64,000 nt of DNA, from NCBI GenBank assembly GCA_963841435.1, contig CAWJCS010000006.1, positions 1,056,001 through 1,120,000 of the forward strand. Reading direction: 5' to 3'. Origin of the DNA: an uncultured delta proteobacterium. GTDB taxonomy: Bacteria; Myxococcota_A; Polyangia; Polyangiales; Polyangiaceae. The notes beneath the pieces are model-generated. The model was not told the origin of the DNA and did not search any database. It worked only from the letters and a program-made list of their open reading frames with translations. A program made the position numbers and the translations under genes. This document shows, one piece after another, positions 33,719 through 41,551 of this stretch; position 1 is the first letter of the stretch; each line of letters starts with the position of its first letter.

Positions 33719-34903
33719 GTGTCAGGCGGTGGCTACGGACCCCCAGGGGGTGGTGGCTGGGGTCCTCCTCCGGGACCACCCCCTGGTGGGCACCCGCCCG
33801 GCGGCGGACAACCTCCTGGCGGCGGGCAGCCTCCGGGGGGGGGTTACCCGCCCGGCGGTGGGCAGCCTCCGGGTGGCGGACAGCCTCCGGGCGGCGGCTA
33901 TCCTCCGGGCGGAGGCTATCCCCCGGGTGGCGGACAGCCTCCGGGTGGCGGACAGCCTCCGGGTGGCGGACAACCTCCTGGCGGCGGTTACCCACCCGGC
34001 GGCGGTTACCCACCCGGCGGCGGTTACCCACCCGGCGGCGGTTACCCGCCCGGCGGTGGTTACCCGCCCGGCGGCGGTTACCCACCCGGCGGTGGCTATC
34101 CACCCGGCGGTGGCTACCCACCCGGCGGCGGCTACCCACCGGGCTACGGCGGCGGCTTTCAGCCCCCTGCTGGCGGACCCATGATCCCAGGCACCGTTGG
34201 CGCACCCCCGCCCGGCGCCGGCTGGTCACCGGTCGAGCCGTGGGCGTTTGCTTGGCGCGTCGTGAGCAAGCGCTTCACGACCGTGGCGCTGCCTATCGCA
34301 GTGGCGGTTTTCGCCCAGGGGTTGCTCAGCCAGATCGTCGGCACGGGAGGCGGCATCGTTATCGGCGTGCTGGGTCAGCAAGGAGTGATCGAGCAGTCGG
34401 TGCAGTCGATCCTCAGCATCGTCGCGAGCAGCGTCGGCGGTATCGTGAGCTTGCTCGTGAGCGCATTCATGATGGGCGGTCTCGCCACGACGGCGCTGAA
34501 GGCCGCTCGCGGCCAGCCGACCTCGTTTGGCGATCCGTTCTCGGGCGGCAGGTATTTCGGCCAAATGTTCGTTGCCGAGCTCGCCGTGTTCGTCTGCGTG
34601 TTTCTGGGCGCGCTGCTCTGCCTCGTGCCCGGCATCATCGTCGGCCTCGGTACGTGCCTTTACGCTCTCGCGCTCGTGGATCGGAATCTCGCGGGCATCG
34701 AGGCTGCCAAGCAGAGCTGGGAGATGACCAAGGGCCATCGCATGAACATCTTCGTGTTCGCCCTGATCGGCTTGGGCGTTTTCTTCGCCGGCGTCCTCGC
34801 GTGCGGCATCGGTGCGCTGCTCGTCAGCATGCCGATGGGTTACGTGGGGTTGGCGGCGGTGTACCTGCGCATCAAGGGCGAGCCGGTCACCGAGCCGACC
34901 TAG
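33719..34903 (+). CDS. Integral membrane protein with an N-terminal PPGGG(Q/Y) repeat tail
   Basis: ORF 33674..34903; C-terminal multi-TM domain with LLCLVPGII and SWEMTKGH. Start uncertain. Confidence 0.8.
   Translation: MSGGGYGPPGGGGWGPPPGPPPGGHPPGGGQPPGGGQPPGGGYPPGGGQPPGGGQPPGGGYPPGGGYPPGGGQPPGGGQPPGGGQPPGGGYPPGGGYPPGGGYPPGGGYPPGGGYPPGGGYPPGGGYPPGGGYPPGGGYPPGYGGGFQPPAGGPMIPGTVGAPPPGAGWSPVEPWAFAWRVVSKRFTTVALPIAVAVFAQGLLSQIVGTGGGIVIGVLGQQGVIEQSVQSILSIVASSVGGIVSLLVSAFMMGGLATTALKAARGQPTSFGDPFSGGRYFGQMFVAELAVFVCVFLGALLCLVPGIIVGLGTCLYALALVDRNLAGIEAAKQSWEMTKGHRMNIFVFALIGLGVFFAGVLACGIGALLVSMPMGYVGLAAVYLRIKGEPVTEPT
33794..34135 (+). repeat. 19 tandem 18-bp coding repeats (PPGGGQ/PPGGGY)
   Basis: 342 bp = 19 x 18 bp with synonymous third-position variation. 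Confidence 0.9.
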
Positions 34904-34979
34904 ACCTACAGCAGCCGCGCGTGTGGGTTTGCTCGCGCCGGTGGTTCCTTAAGTCAGCGGGGCTACCGCCCGTTCATGG

Positions 34980-36257
34980 ATGGAAAGGTCGGTCCTCGGT
35001 TCGACCACGCCCCCCCCCATGGCTGCCGCGAGCTTCCCCCCGTTCCTCCAGACGAGCCCTCCCACCTTCCCGGGGATGCCGGGCGTCCGGGAGCCGTCGC
35101 TCGCCATTCGGGGCCGCGTCCTCATCGCCGACGACGACGACAACCTCTTGCGAGCCCTCACCCGCACGCTCGAGCGCGCGGGCCACGAGGTGACGCGCAT
35201 CGCCGACGGTCGCGCCGCCTGCGAGCAGATTGCCGGCATGGCCGCCGACGAGGTCGACGTCATCGTGACGGACATCTCCATGCCCGGCGCCGACGGCCTC
35301 GAGGTGATGCGGGCGGCGCACCATCTCGACCCGGATCTTCCCGTGCTCCTCATGACGGGCTTGCCCACCGTGGAGACTGCCGTTCAAGCCCTGGAACGCG
35401 GCGCCTATCGCTACCTTCTCAAGCCCGTGGATCCCGACGTGCTCGTGCAGGCCGTCGCGCAGGCGATCGAATTCAGGCAGGGCGTGCGTACCGCGTTCGC
35501 CGACACCCGGCCCGGCATGTCGCCGCCGAGCTCCCGCGTGCGCGCCGAGCTCTCGGGCCGCTTCGATACGGCTCTCGAGAAGCTCTGGATGGCATTCCAG
35601 CCAATCGTCTGCTGGAGCAGCAGGACCACTCACGCGTTCGAAGCGCTCGCGCGCACCGAGGAGCCGTCGCTCGGGCGTCCCGATCACCTGTTCAACGCCG
35701 CCGAGCAGCTACACCGCGTTCAGGAGCTCGGGCGCGTGATCCGGAGCAAGGTCGCGTCGTCGATCTCGAGCGCGCCGACGGACGCAGCGATCTTCGTGAA
35801 CCTCCACGCGAGCGACCTCGCCGACAACGAGCTCTACTCGAGCTCCTCGCCGCTCGCGCCCCATGCTCACCGCATCGTGTTCGAGATCACCGAGCGGGCC
35901 TCGCTCGACAAGGTCAAGGACATCAAGGACCGTGTGACGCAGCTCCGCTCCCTCGGCTATCGCATCGCCGTGGACGATCTCGGAGCCGGCTACGCAGCGC
36001 TCTCGAGCCTCGCGAGCCTGCAGCCCGAGGTGGTGAAGCTCGACATGTCGCTCGTGCGCGGGGTCGACAAGGAGCCCATCAAGCAACGCCTCGTCGCGTC
36101 GCTGCAAACGCTCGGCGGGCCGCTCGGCATCACGGTGATCGCCGAAGGCGTCGAGACCGAAGCCGAGCGCGATACCTTGATCTCGGTGGGCTGCGACCTC
36201 TTTCAGGGCTTTCTCTTCGCCCGGCCCGGCCCGGGGTTCCCGAGCGTCACGTTCTGA
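34980..36257 (+). CDS. Response regulator with an EAL (c-di-GMP phosphodiesterase) domain
   Basis: VLIADDD, VTDISMP, LLKP receiver motifs; FQPIV, EALAR, FEITE, AVDDLGAG, KLD, AEGVET, FQG EAL motifs. Confidence 0.95.
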   Translation: MERSVLGSTTPPPMAAASFPPFLQTSPPTFPGMPGVREPSLAIRGRVLIADDDDNLLRALTRTLERAGHEVTRIADGRAACEQIAGMAADEVDVIVTDISMPGADGLEVMRAAHHLDPDLPVLLMTGLPTVETAVQALERGAYRYLLKPVDPDVLVQAVAQAIEFRQGVRTAFADTRPGMSPPSSRVRAELSGRFDTALEKLWMAFQPIVCWSSRTTHAFEALARTEEPSLGRPDHLFNAAEQLHRVQELGRVIRSKVASSISSAPTDAAIFVNLHASDLADNELYSSSSPLAPHAHRIVFEITERASLDKVKDIKDRVTQLRSLGYRIAVDDLGAGYAALSSLASLQPEVVKLDMSLVRGVDKEPIKQRLVASLQTLGGPLGITVIAEGVETEAERDTLISVGCDLFQGFLFARPGPGFPSVTF

Positions 36258-36343
36258 GGCCGAGCGGTGGCCTCCGTTGCCTCGCGGCGGCGCGCTCTCG
36301 TGCCGCCGCCGTGCGGGCCGGGGAGCCGGAGGCCGATCGGCTC

Positions 36344-36371
36344 TTGACCTTGAGCCCCTCAAAGGTAGGCT
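36344..36371 (+). promoter_or_regulatory. Probable sigma70 promoter of tRNA-Asn
   Basis: TTGACC, 16-nt spacer, TAGGCT, about 12 nt upstream of the tRNA. Confidence 0.55.
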
Positions 36372-36383
36372 TCGCGCCCGTTT

Positions 36384-36456
36384 TCCAGAGTAGCTCAGTC
36401 GGTAGAGCAGGCGGCTGTTAACCGCCGGGTCCCTGGTTCGAGTCCAGGCTCTGGAG
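36384..36456 (+). tRNA. tRNA-Asn (GTT)
   Basis: Acceptor stem TCCAGAG/CTCTGGA, D arm AGCTCAGTCGGTAGAGC, anticodon arm GGCGG-CTGTTAA-CCGCC, T loop GGTTCGAGTCC. Confidence 0.97.
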
Positions 36457-36458
36457 CC
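36410..36458 (+). repeat. attL core (3' half of tRNA-Asn)
   Basis: GGCGGCTGTTAACCGCC...CTCTGGAGCC, identical to 47126-47174. Confidence 0.95.
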
Positions 36459-36532
36459 CAGAAAAACAAGCCGATTCGCAGCCGAAAGAGGCTGCAACGT
36501 CGATCGGCGAAGGTGGTGATAAATCCCGGCAA

Positions 36533-36817
36533 GTGGTGGACGACGGGTGTGACGTTGCCCCCGCACTGCCCCCGGGGCGCTGGCGTCCGAGCCCGCGGGC
36601 GCGGTACGTTTCTCCGGTGGAGCAAGGCACGGCCCGGCGTCTCGCCAAGATCGCGGGGGAGACACTCCGCGAGGGCGGTATCCTGGTGCTTGTGTTCGGG
36701 CTCCTCGACAATCGAATGAGCGACCACCCGCACCCACACCCCTGGGATTTCTGGATCGTAGGTATCGGGTTGTCGTGCATCGTGCTGGGCGGCATACTCG
36801 AAGCGAGGAGCCATTGA
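36533..36817 (+). CDS. Small two-TM membrane protein (element cargo); true start may be downstream
   Basis: Hydrophobic segments GGILVLVFGLL and FWIVGIGLSCIVLGGIL; TGATG coupling to the next ORF. Confidence 0.5.
   Translation: MVDDGCDVAPALPPGRWRPSPRARYVSPVEQGTARRLAKIAGETLREGGILVLVFGLLDNRMSDHPHPHPWDFWIVGIGLSCIVLGGILEARSH
36551..36576 (+). repeat. Putative integrase arm-type sites, left
   Basis: GACGTTGCCCCCGCACTGCCCCCGGG matches 47045-47070 at 25/26 positions. Confidence 0.75.
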
Positions 36818-36969
36818 TGCTAGGCGAGTACCAACCCTTGGTGTTGCTGACCGGCGTATTCACGCTGCTCACCTTCGTTGGCTTCCTGCTCGACTATCGC
36901 GCGCACCATCCGCGTCGTTCGCGCCGCGACTCGGGCGAGCTTTCGCACGGACGCCAGGCCCGTACGTAG
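36817..36969 (+). CDS. Small single-TM protein
   Basis: GAGGAG RBS and ATG overlapping the upstream stop; MLGEYQPLVLLTGVFTLLTFVGFLLDY followed by a basic tail. Confidence 0.5.
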   Translation: MLGEYQPLVLLTGVFTLLTFVGFLLDYRAHHPRRSRRDSGELSHGRQART

Positions 36970-37036
36970 CCACCAAACGCACGAACGCCCCCGAGCCGCG
37001 AGGGGCCCGAGGGCGTCCGAGTGCGCGACGCGAGCC

Positions 37037-37201
37037 CTAGCCGACGAGGCGCATCACGTCGGCCGCTTCCTTCGACGCCAGCGGCTCCGGCACGCGGTAG
37101 ACGATCACGAGCACGTTGCGGGCGTCGTCTCGGGTGACCGCTTCGCCCTCGCGGTCGCGGCGCTCGCGAAGCACGGCCGCGACTTGTTCGATGCGGCTCA
37201 C
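37037..37201 (-). CDS. Small hypothetical protein (54 aa)
   Basis: GTG overlaps the stop of the upstream minus-strand ORF (GTGA coupling). Confidence 0.45.
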   Translation of the reverse strand: MSRIEQVAAVLRERRDREGEAVTRDDARNVLVIVYRVPEPLASKEAADVMRLVG

Positions 37202-37683
37202 GACGCACCGCCGACTGCGCGCATGAACGCGGCCACGTAGATCGCCCGCGCCTCGTCGAGCCCCAAGGGCGCGACCGCCTCGGGCCCGCCCTCGTCGGCC
37301 GTCCACGCCGCGAACGCCTCGCCCGCGTACGTGGCCGCGTCCGCGATCTCGCCCTCGTTCACGTAGTTCCGCGCGTCCGTTGCGGCCTCGGCTTCGATTG
37401 CCTCGCGTGCGGCGGCGTGCTCCGCGCGCGCCGCCGCGACCGCAATCGCCTTCGCGACCGCGAACGCCTCGAGCCGCCCGGCGTGCGCGGCCAAGGACAT
37501 GATCGCGAGTGACGCCCGTTGCGCTTGGGCGTGAATCGTCGCGGCGACGTGCTTTAGGAGCTCGGGCGTGGACGGCTCGGCGCTCGCCGCGTCCGTGAGC
37601 TGGGTGGCGATTTGTGCGAGGCATGCGCTCGCCCCGCACGCGCTCGCGAGGGTATCTTGAATCGGATATGGTTCGTGCGTCAT
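37198..37683 (-). CDS. Hypothetical Ala-rich helical protein
   Basis: ATG 37683 preceded by GGAAGGA. Confidence 0.6.
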   Translation of the reverse strand: MTHEPYPIQDTLASACGASACLAQIATQLTDAASAEPSTPELLKHVAATIHAQAQRASLAIMSLAAHAGRLEAFAVAKAIAVAAARAEHAAAREAIEAEAATDARNYVNEGEIADAATYAGEAFAAWTADEGGPEAVAPLGLDEARAIYVAAFMRAVGGAS

Positions 37684-37816
37684 GGCTGGTCCTTCCAGTC
37701 GTGGCCAGCCCGGCGGACGGTGACACGTCGCGCCGGGCACCTATTGCTAGGGGGGTGGGATTACCCCGCGTGGTGGTACGGCCGCGGGCTGCCCCGATCT
37801 TCCCCCGTCCCGCTTT

Positions 37817-38488
37817 TCAGCGCCGTCGCGGGCGCTGCGACGGTGCCGGCGGGTCCGGGCGGTAGCAGTCGCCGAACCACGCGGCCGATAGCGAAATCAG
37901 GCTATTGCAGGCAGCCCCGAGCTGGGCGGCTGGGCCAGCCGTTGCAGCGAAAACCCTCTTTCCCATTTCTCGGGCGACCTTGACCGCGTGCGTGTAGTCG
38001 CCGTCCGCGGAAAGCACGTACGCGGTGTCGTACTCATCCCGCTGGGCCATCGCGACCATGTTGACCGCGAGCATCACGTCCACCGCTTTCTCAACCATCA
38101 CTCGGACGGAATCGTGCCGCCGAGCGATTTCGTACAATTCGCCACGGATCTTCGGATCGATCCTCTCGCGAAGACCGCCCAAGTACTGAAGTAGCTCTTT
38201 CGCTGCGCCGTCCTTGGCGGGGCGCCCCTCGAGCCGGCCAAAGTGCGCCGAGAACCGCGAGTCTTCTGCTTCGATTTGCGTGATGAAACGGCGTTGGTCG
38301 GCGTAGAGCTGCGCGCTGTAGTCTTGCGGCACGCGGCCGATGTAGTAGCGAAGCCCGACCAGCGTGCGCGGCCCCAAGAGCTTCCGCGCAATGCTCGCGT
38401 AGCTGAGTCGGCCTAGGTCAACGCCGCAGGCCCGGAGGGAGTGATACCAGTTGTTTCCGTCAATGAAGACGACCGCCCGGTCTGGCAT
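37817..38488 (-). CDS. NYN-domain (PIN-like, LabA/DUF88) ribonuclease
   Basis: VFIDGNNWY, EKAVDVMLA, LSADGDY, GKRV catalytic motifs. Confidence 0.92.
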   Translation of the reverse strand: MPDRAVVFIDGNNWYHSLRACGVDLGRLSYASIARKLLGPRTLVGLRYYIGRVPQDYSAQLYADQRRFITQIEAEDSRFSAHFGRLEGRPAKDGAAKELLQYLGGLRERIDPKIRGELYEIARRHDSVRVMVEKAVDVMLAVNMVAMAQRDEYDTAYVLSADGDYTHAVKVAREMGKRVFAATAGPAAQLGAACNSLISLSAAWFGDCYRPDPPAPSQRPRRR

Positions 38489-38499
38489 GACACCCTAAG

Positions 38500-38576
38500 A
38501 AGAAAAAACCCCAGCGTGCGGGAGCACCGGACGCTGGGGGGGTCAACATCCCGCGCCCCGTAGGGTCGGGATGACA
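38500..38576 (-). ncRNA. Putative structured leader/antitoxin RNA ending in an intrinsic terminator upstream of NYN
   Basis: Minus strand: CATCCCG...CGGGATG hairpin, then CCCCAGCGT...ACGCTGGGG hairpin followed by TTTTTTCTT. Promoter-like TTGCGC-16-TAACTT at 38610-38583. Confidence 0.5.
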
Positions 38577-38879
38577 GAGGTCAAGTTAGTTCGCGCGGGG
38601 CCCCGCGCAACACAAAAAACGCCGACGCCAGCAGAATCAACACCCTACGCCACCGCAGCCAAGGCCGCGTCCACGCTCGCGAAGCGCCGCACCCCGCCGA
38701 GCTCGTGCAGCGTGACGCCCGCGCCCGATACCTGGACCACGGCGCCCGGGTTCGCCATGCGCCAGGCCCGGAGCCAGTCGTGGCCAGGCGCCCGGCTGCT
38801 TGTAACAGCGCGGGCGCCACCTTGCTAGGGGCGGGATTGCCCCCGCGTGGTGCTACGGCCGCGGGTGCGGCGGCCTTCC

Positions 38880-39098
38880 TTAGGCGTATGTCGAGCGCGA
38901 AATGTCGACTGCGACGTGCCACGCCCACGGCGTGACCCGAAAAAGCCTAGCGGGATGGCCGCCGAGACTGGCCGCTTCCGCGTTCCGCCCGCGAGCGCGT
39001 AAATCGGCCACCCAAGCGCCGCGCTGGGCGTCCGTGATCGGCTTGCCGTCGAGCGCGGCAAAGCCCTCGGAGTTTACGTAGGCGACGATCGCGATCAT
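38880..39098 (-). CDS. Small hypothetical protein (72 aa)
   Basis: ATGA overlap with the upstream ORF stop at 39095-39098. Confidence 0.55.
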   Translation of the reverse strand: MIAIVAYVNSEGFAALDGKPITDAQRGAWVADLRARGRNAEAASLGGHPARLFRVTPWAWHVAVDISRSTYA

Positions 39099-39496
39099 GA
39101 TCGAACCGCGGCCACGGCCGATGCTAGGTCGCGGAACTTCTGAACGCGGCCGATTTCGTGGAGCGCGATGCCGCGCCGCGACACGTGCACGACGGCTCCA
39201 GGCGTTCGTTCGCGCCACGAACGGAGGGCATCGAGCGCGTCCACGGACACGGGCATCGCGCCGCGCCGCGCGTTGGCTCGCGATCGCTCGCGCCCGCGCG
39301 AAGCCGTTGGCCGTTCGCCGCGCTGGGCGGCCAAGCGCGCGGGCTTTTGCAGCCGTGCGGCCCAAACTGGTTGGGGTACGCCGAGCTTCTTTGCAAGTAC
39401 GCGAGCCCGGCATCGGAGCGAAGCGCGTTCGCCATGACACGCGCCTGGACTCAGTGCATCGTGGCGCGCCCGTAATTGACTGAGTGTGAGGGCCAT
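39095..39496 (-). CDS. Hypothetical basic protein
   Basis: ATG immediately after the upstream TAA; its C-terminus has a paralogous copy at 38645-38780. Confidence 0.6.
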   Translation of the reverse strand: MALTLSQLRARHDALSPGACHGERASLRCRARVLAKKLGVPQPVWAARLQKPARLAAQRGERPTASRGRERSRANARRGAMPVSVDALDALRSWRERTPGAVVHVSRRGIALHEIGRVQKFRDLASAVAAVRS

Positions 39497-39497
39497 T

Positions 39498-39692
39498 TTA
39501 GCGTGCCCCTCGCGATCGATGCAGTCGTTGACGAGCGCGCTCCTCGCGGGCGCGGTCTTTACGCGCTTTTCGTTCGTTGAGCCTCTCGCGCACTTGTTCG
39601 ACGGGTATCTCGCGAACTTGCTCGTAGGGGGTCCTCGGGTCGTCTAGTTGCATCGTGTCACCCATGGGAGTTAGACGAGGCGGCTGGCCCAT
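39498..39692 (-). CDS. Small basic hypothetical protein
   Basis: Co-oriented and tightly packed within the minus-strand gene string; start uncertain. Confidence 0.45.
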   Translation of the reverse strand: MGQPPRLTPMGDTMQLDDPRTPYEQVREIPVEQVRERLNERKARKDRAREERARQRLHRSRGAR

Positions 39693-39716
39693 GAACGAAG
39701 CCGACCGCCCCGAAGG

Positions 39717-39923
39717 TCATCGCCGCTCGCGGGCGCGAACGCGGGCAAGCTCGGCACGTAGAACGGCCAGCTCCAAAAGGTCGGCCCGGGCGCGCTCAAT
39801 CGCATCCTCGAACGCGTCGAACGGCTCGGCCGCGAGCGTCGCGGCCAAGGTCCCGGCCGTGACCAGCCGCGCCGTGTTTGCGCCGTCGAGATTGGCGCGG
39901 GCCATGGCGCGCGCCGCGGTCAT
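39717..39923 (-). CDS. Small helical hypothetical protein
   Basis: ATGA overlap with the ORF ending at 39920. Confidence 0.55.
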   Translation of the reverse strand: MTAARAMARANLDGANTARLVTAGTLAATLAAEPFDAFEDAIERARADLLELAVLRAELARVRARERR

Positions 39924-40654
39924 TCGGCCGCCCCCGCAGCGCCAAAATCTAGGGCACCCAGATCGGCCGCTTGCTTCGCGGCTTCCGTGCGAGCTCGTTC
40001 AATTTGCGAGAACACACGCTTGACGGCCGCGTCATATTCCGTAATTTCTGGCGGAACGGGGTAGCTCGGATGGTCGATGCGGCGAGCGTGAGCCTGCTCA
40101 AAAAACGCGCGACCTTCGACGGGCAGCACTAGCGGCAGCCAAGCAATCACGTCGGCACGCGTGGGCAACGCCACCCGGCCCTCCTCACAGTCGACGACCG
40201 CACCCGCAAGGCTCTCCGCGTAGCGCACGGCAGCGACGCGGGGCGCAATATCCTTGCCCACCCGTCCAAAGGCACCCGCGGCTAGAGATGCCGCAGTGTC
40301 CACCCTGCGGCGGTAAGCACCCTCGAGATACTTGGCGGTCTCCGCTTCGATCACGATTTCACGCGCCGCGTCAGATGCTACCTCAGTCGAGGTGTTCAGT
40401 TGCGTTAGCGCAGCCTGACGGCGGGCAGTTGCCCGAGCAAGCTCCACACCCTCACGCTCGTGCTCTTGCGCCGCCGCGCGGGCATTCTTCAACACGGCAA
40501 CGCGCATCAAGATCTCCCTCTCGAGGGGCGCGACAAGCGACGGCGAAAGCGCTTTCGCCTGCGTGAGGTCATCGCGCAACCGAGCAATCACTTCGGCGGC
40601 ACTTCGATCTTCCCGCGCGAACGCGGCTGATACTTCGGACTTGTCGGTGTTCAT
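39920..40654 (-). CDS. Hypothetical coiled-coil-rich protein
   Basis: ATG 40654 preceded by AGGAATAGGA. Confidence 0.65.
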   Translation of the reverse strand: MNTDKSEVSAAFAREDRSAAEVIARLRDDLTQAKALSPSLVAPLEREILMRVAVLKNARAAAQEHEREGVELARATARRQAALTQLNTSTEVASDAAREIVIEAETAKYLEGAYRRRVDTAASLAAGAFGRVGKDIAPRVAAVRYAESLAGAVVDCEEGRVALPTRADVIAWLPLVLPVEGRAFFEQAHARRIDHPSYPVPPEITEYDAAVKRVFSQIERARTEAAKQAADLGALDFGAAGAAE

Positions 40655-40674
40655 GTTGGGGTTCCTATTCCTGA

Positions 40675-41097
40675 CTAGCGGGCGCGACGCGCCGCGCGTT
40701 GTTTTGCTCTCGCCGTGGCCCATGCTCGAGGGCCTTGTCGTGCCGCCGCAACGAGCGGATCGGGAGCCGGGTCAGCGACTGAGCCCGTGGCCGGAGGCGC
40801 GTTGCCTTGTGCCGTCTCAATCAAATCCTGGACCGCGGCGAGCAAATCTTCGCTGGCGGTGTCGGCGGGGAGTCCGAGCGCTTCAGCTACGGCCGAAAGG
40901 ATCTTTTCCGGCGGCGATCCGTCCGAGAGCGCTGACGCGAGCATGAGCAGATCGGGCCGCGGACCATTCAGTAGGCTCGCGGCAAATCGCAAAGCGTCAG
41001 AGGTAGTAACGCCGCGCGAGGCGGCGAAGGTGTGAAGCGATTTTGCCGCACTCGGCTTGAGCCGGGCGGAGATCACAATGGGAGAGGTGCGGGACAT
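40675..41097 (-). CDS. Putative ribbon-helix-helix (CopG-like) DNA-binding protein
   Basis: N-terminus IVISARLKPSAAKSLHTFAASRGVTTSDALRFA fits the strand-helix-G-helix pattern. Confidence 0.55.
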   Translation of the reverse strand: MSRTSPIVISARLKPSAAKSLHTFAASRGVTTSDALRFAASLLNGPRPDLLMLASALSDGSPPEKILSAVAEALGLPADTASEDLLAAVQDLIETAQGNAPPATGSVADPAPDPLVAAARQGPRAWATARAKQRAARRAR

Positions 41098-41119
41098 GGC
41101 TGGTATACAGCCAGTCTAG

Positions 41120-41176
41120 CGCGTGTTGCGTTTGGCGCAACGTGGCCGCGCTGTGTTGCGCTAAACGCAACACGCG
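41120..41176. promoter_or_regulatory. 22-bp inverted repeat made of two GTTGCG-N5-CGCAAC palindromes (putative operator)
   Basis: CGCGTGTTGCGTTTGGCGCAAC ... GTTGCGCTAAACGCAACACGCG (1 mismatch); overlaps a minus-strand TTGCGC-16-TAGACT promoter. Confidence 0.65.
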
Positions 41177-41227
41177 GCGCCGTGGGCCGCCACCCGGTGC
41201 CTCGGGCACGCGCGCGCCAAGGAGCGA

Positions 41228-41551
41228 CTAGATCCGGCGCGAACCGATGCCGCCGACGATCGACGCGTAACCATGGCCGTGATTGCGGGTGTGTAGGCCG
41301 CCGCTCGGGGCTGCGCTGCCGTACTGCGCACCCAAGTTTCGATGATAGAAAGACTCAAGCGCGGGCACCGCCACTGCGGACACGGCGCGCGCGGCGCGGG
41401 AGCGGCGCGCTTTCGGCGCGGGCTTCGCCTCAGGTTCCTCGCCGAGTAGTGCACGCACTTCCTCGACCTCGATCCCAAACTCCACCGCGACTTCAGCCGC
41501 GGTCGCGCCCGACGCGATCGCCGCGAGCATGTTCCGTTCGACGGGTGTCAC
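41228..41551 (-). CDS. Small HTH-like protein
   Basis: GTGA coupling at 41548-41551; MLAAIASGATAAEVAVEFGIEVEEVRALL. Confidence 0.55.
   Translation of the reverse strand: MTPVERNMLAAIASGATAAEVAVEFGIEVEEVRALLGEEPEAKPAPKARRSRAARAVSAVAVPALESFYHRNLGAQYGSAAPSGGLHTRNHGHGYASIVGGIGSRRI

Noticed and set aside
33794-34135. Tandem repeats as a possible CRISPR array
   Set aside because: 18-bp in-frame coding units with no unique spacers and no cas genes. No CRISPR array was seen anywhere in the window.
37744-38865. Integron attC sites
   Set aside because: No RYYYAAC...GTTRRRY ends, and the integrase shows no obvious IntI-specific insertion. Kept only as an unexplained structured repeat.
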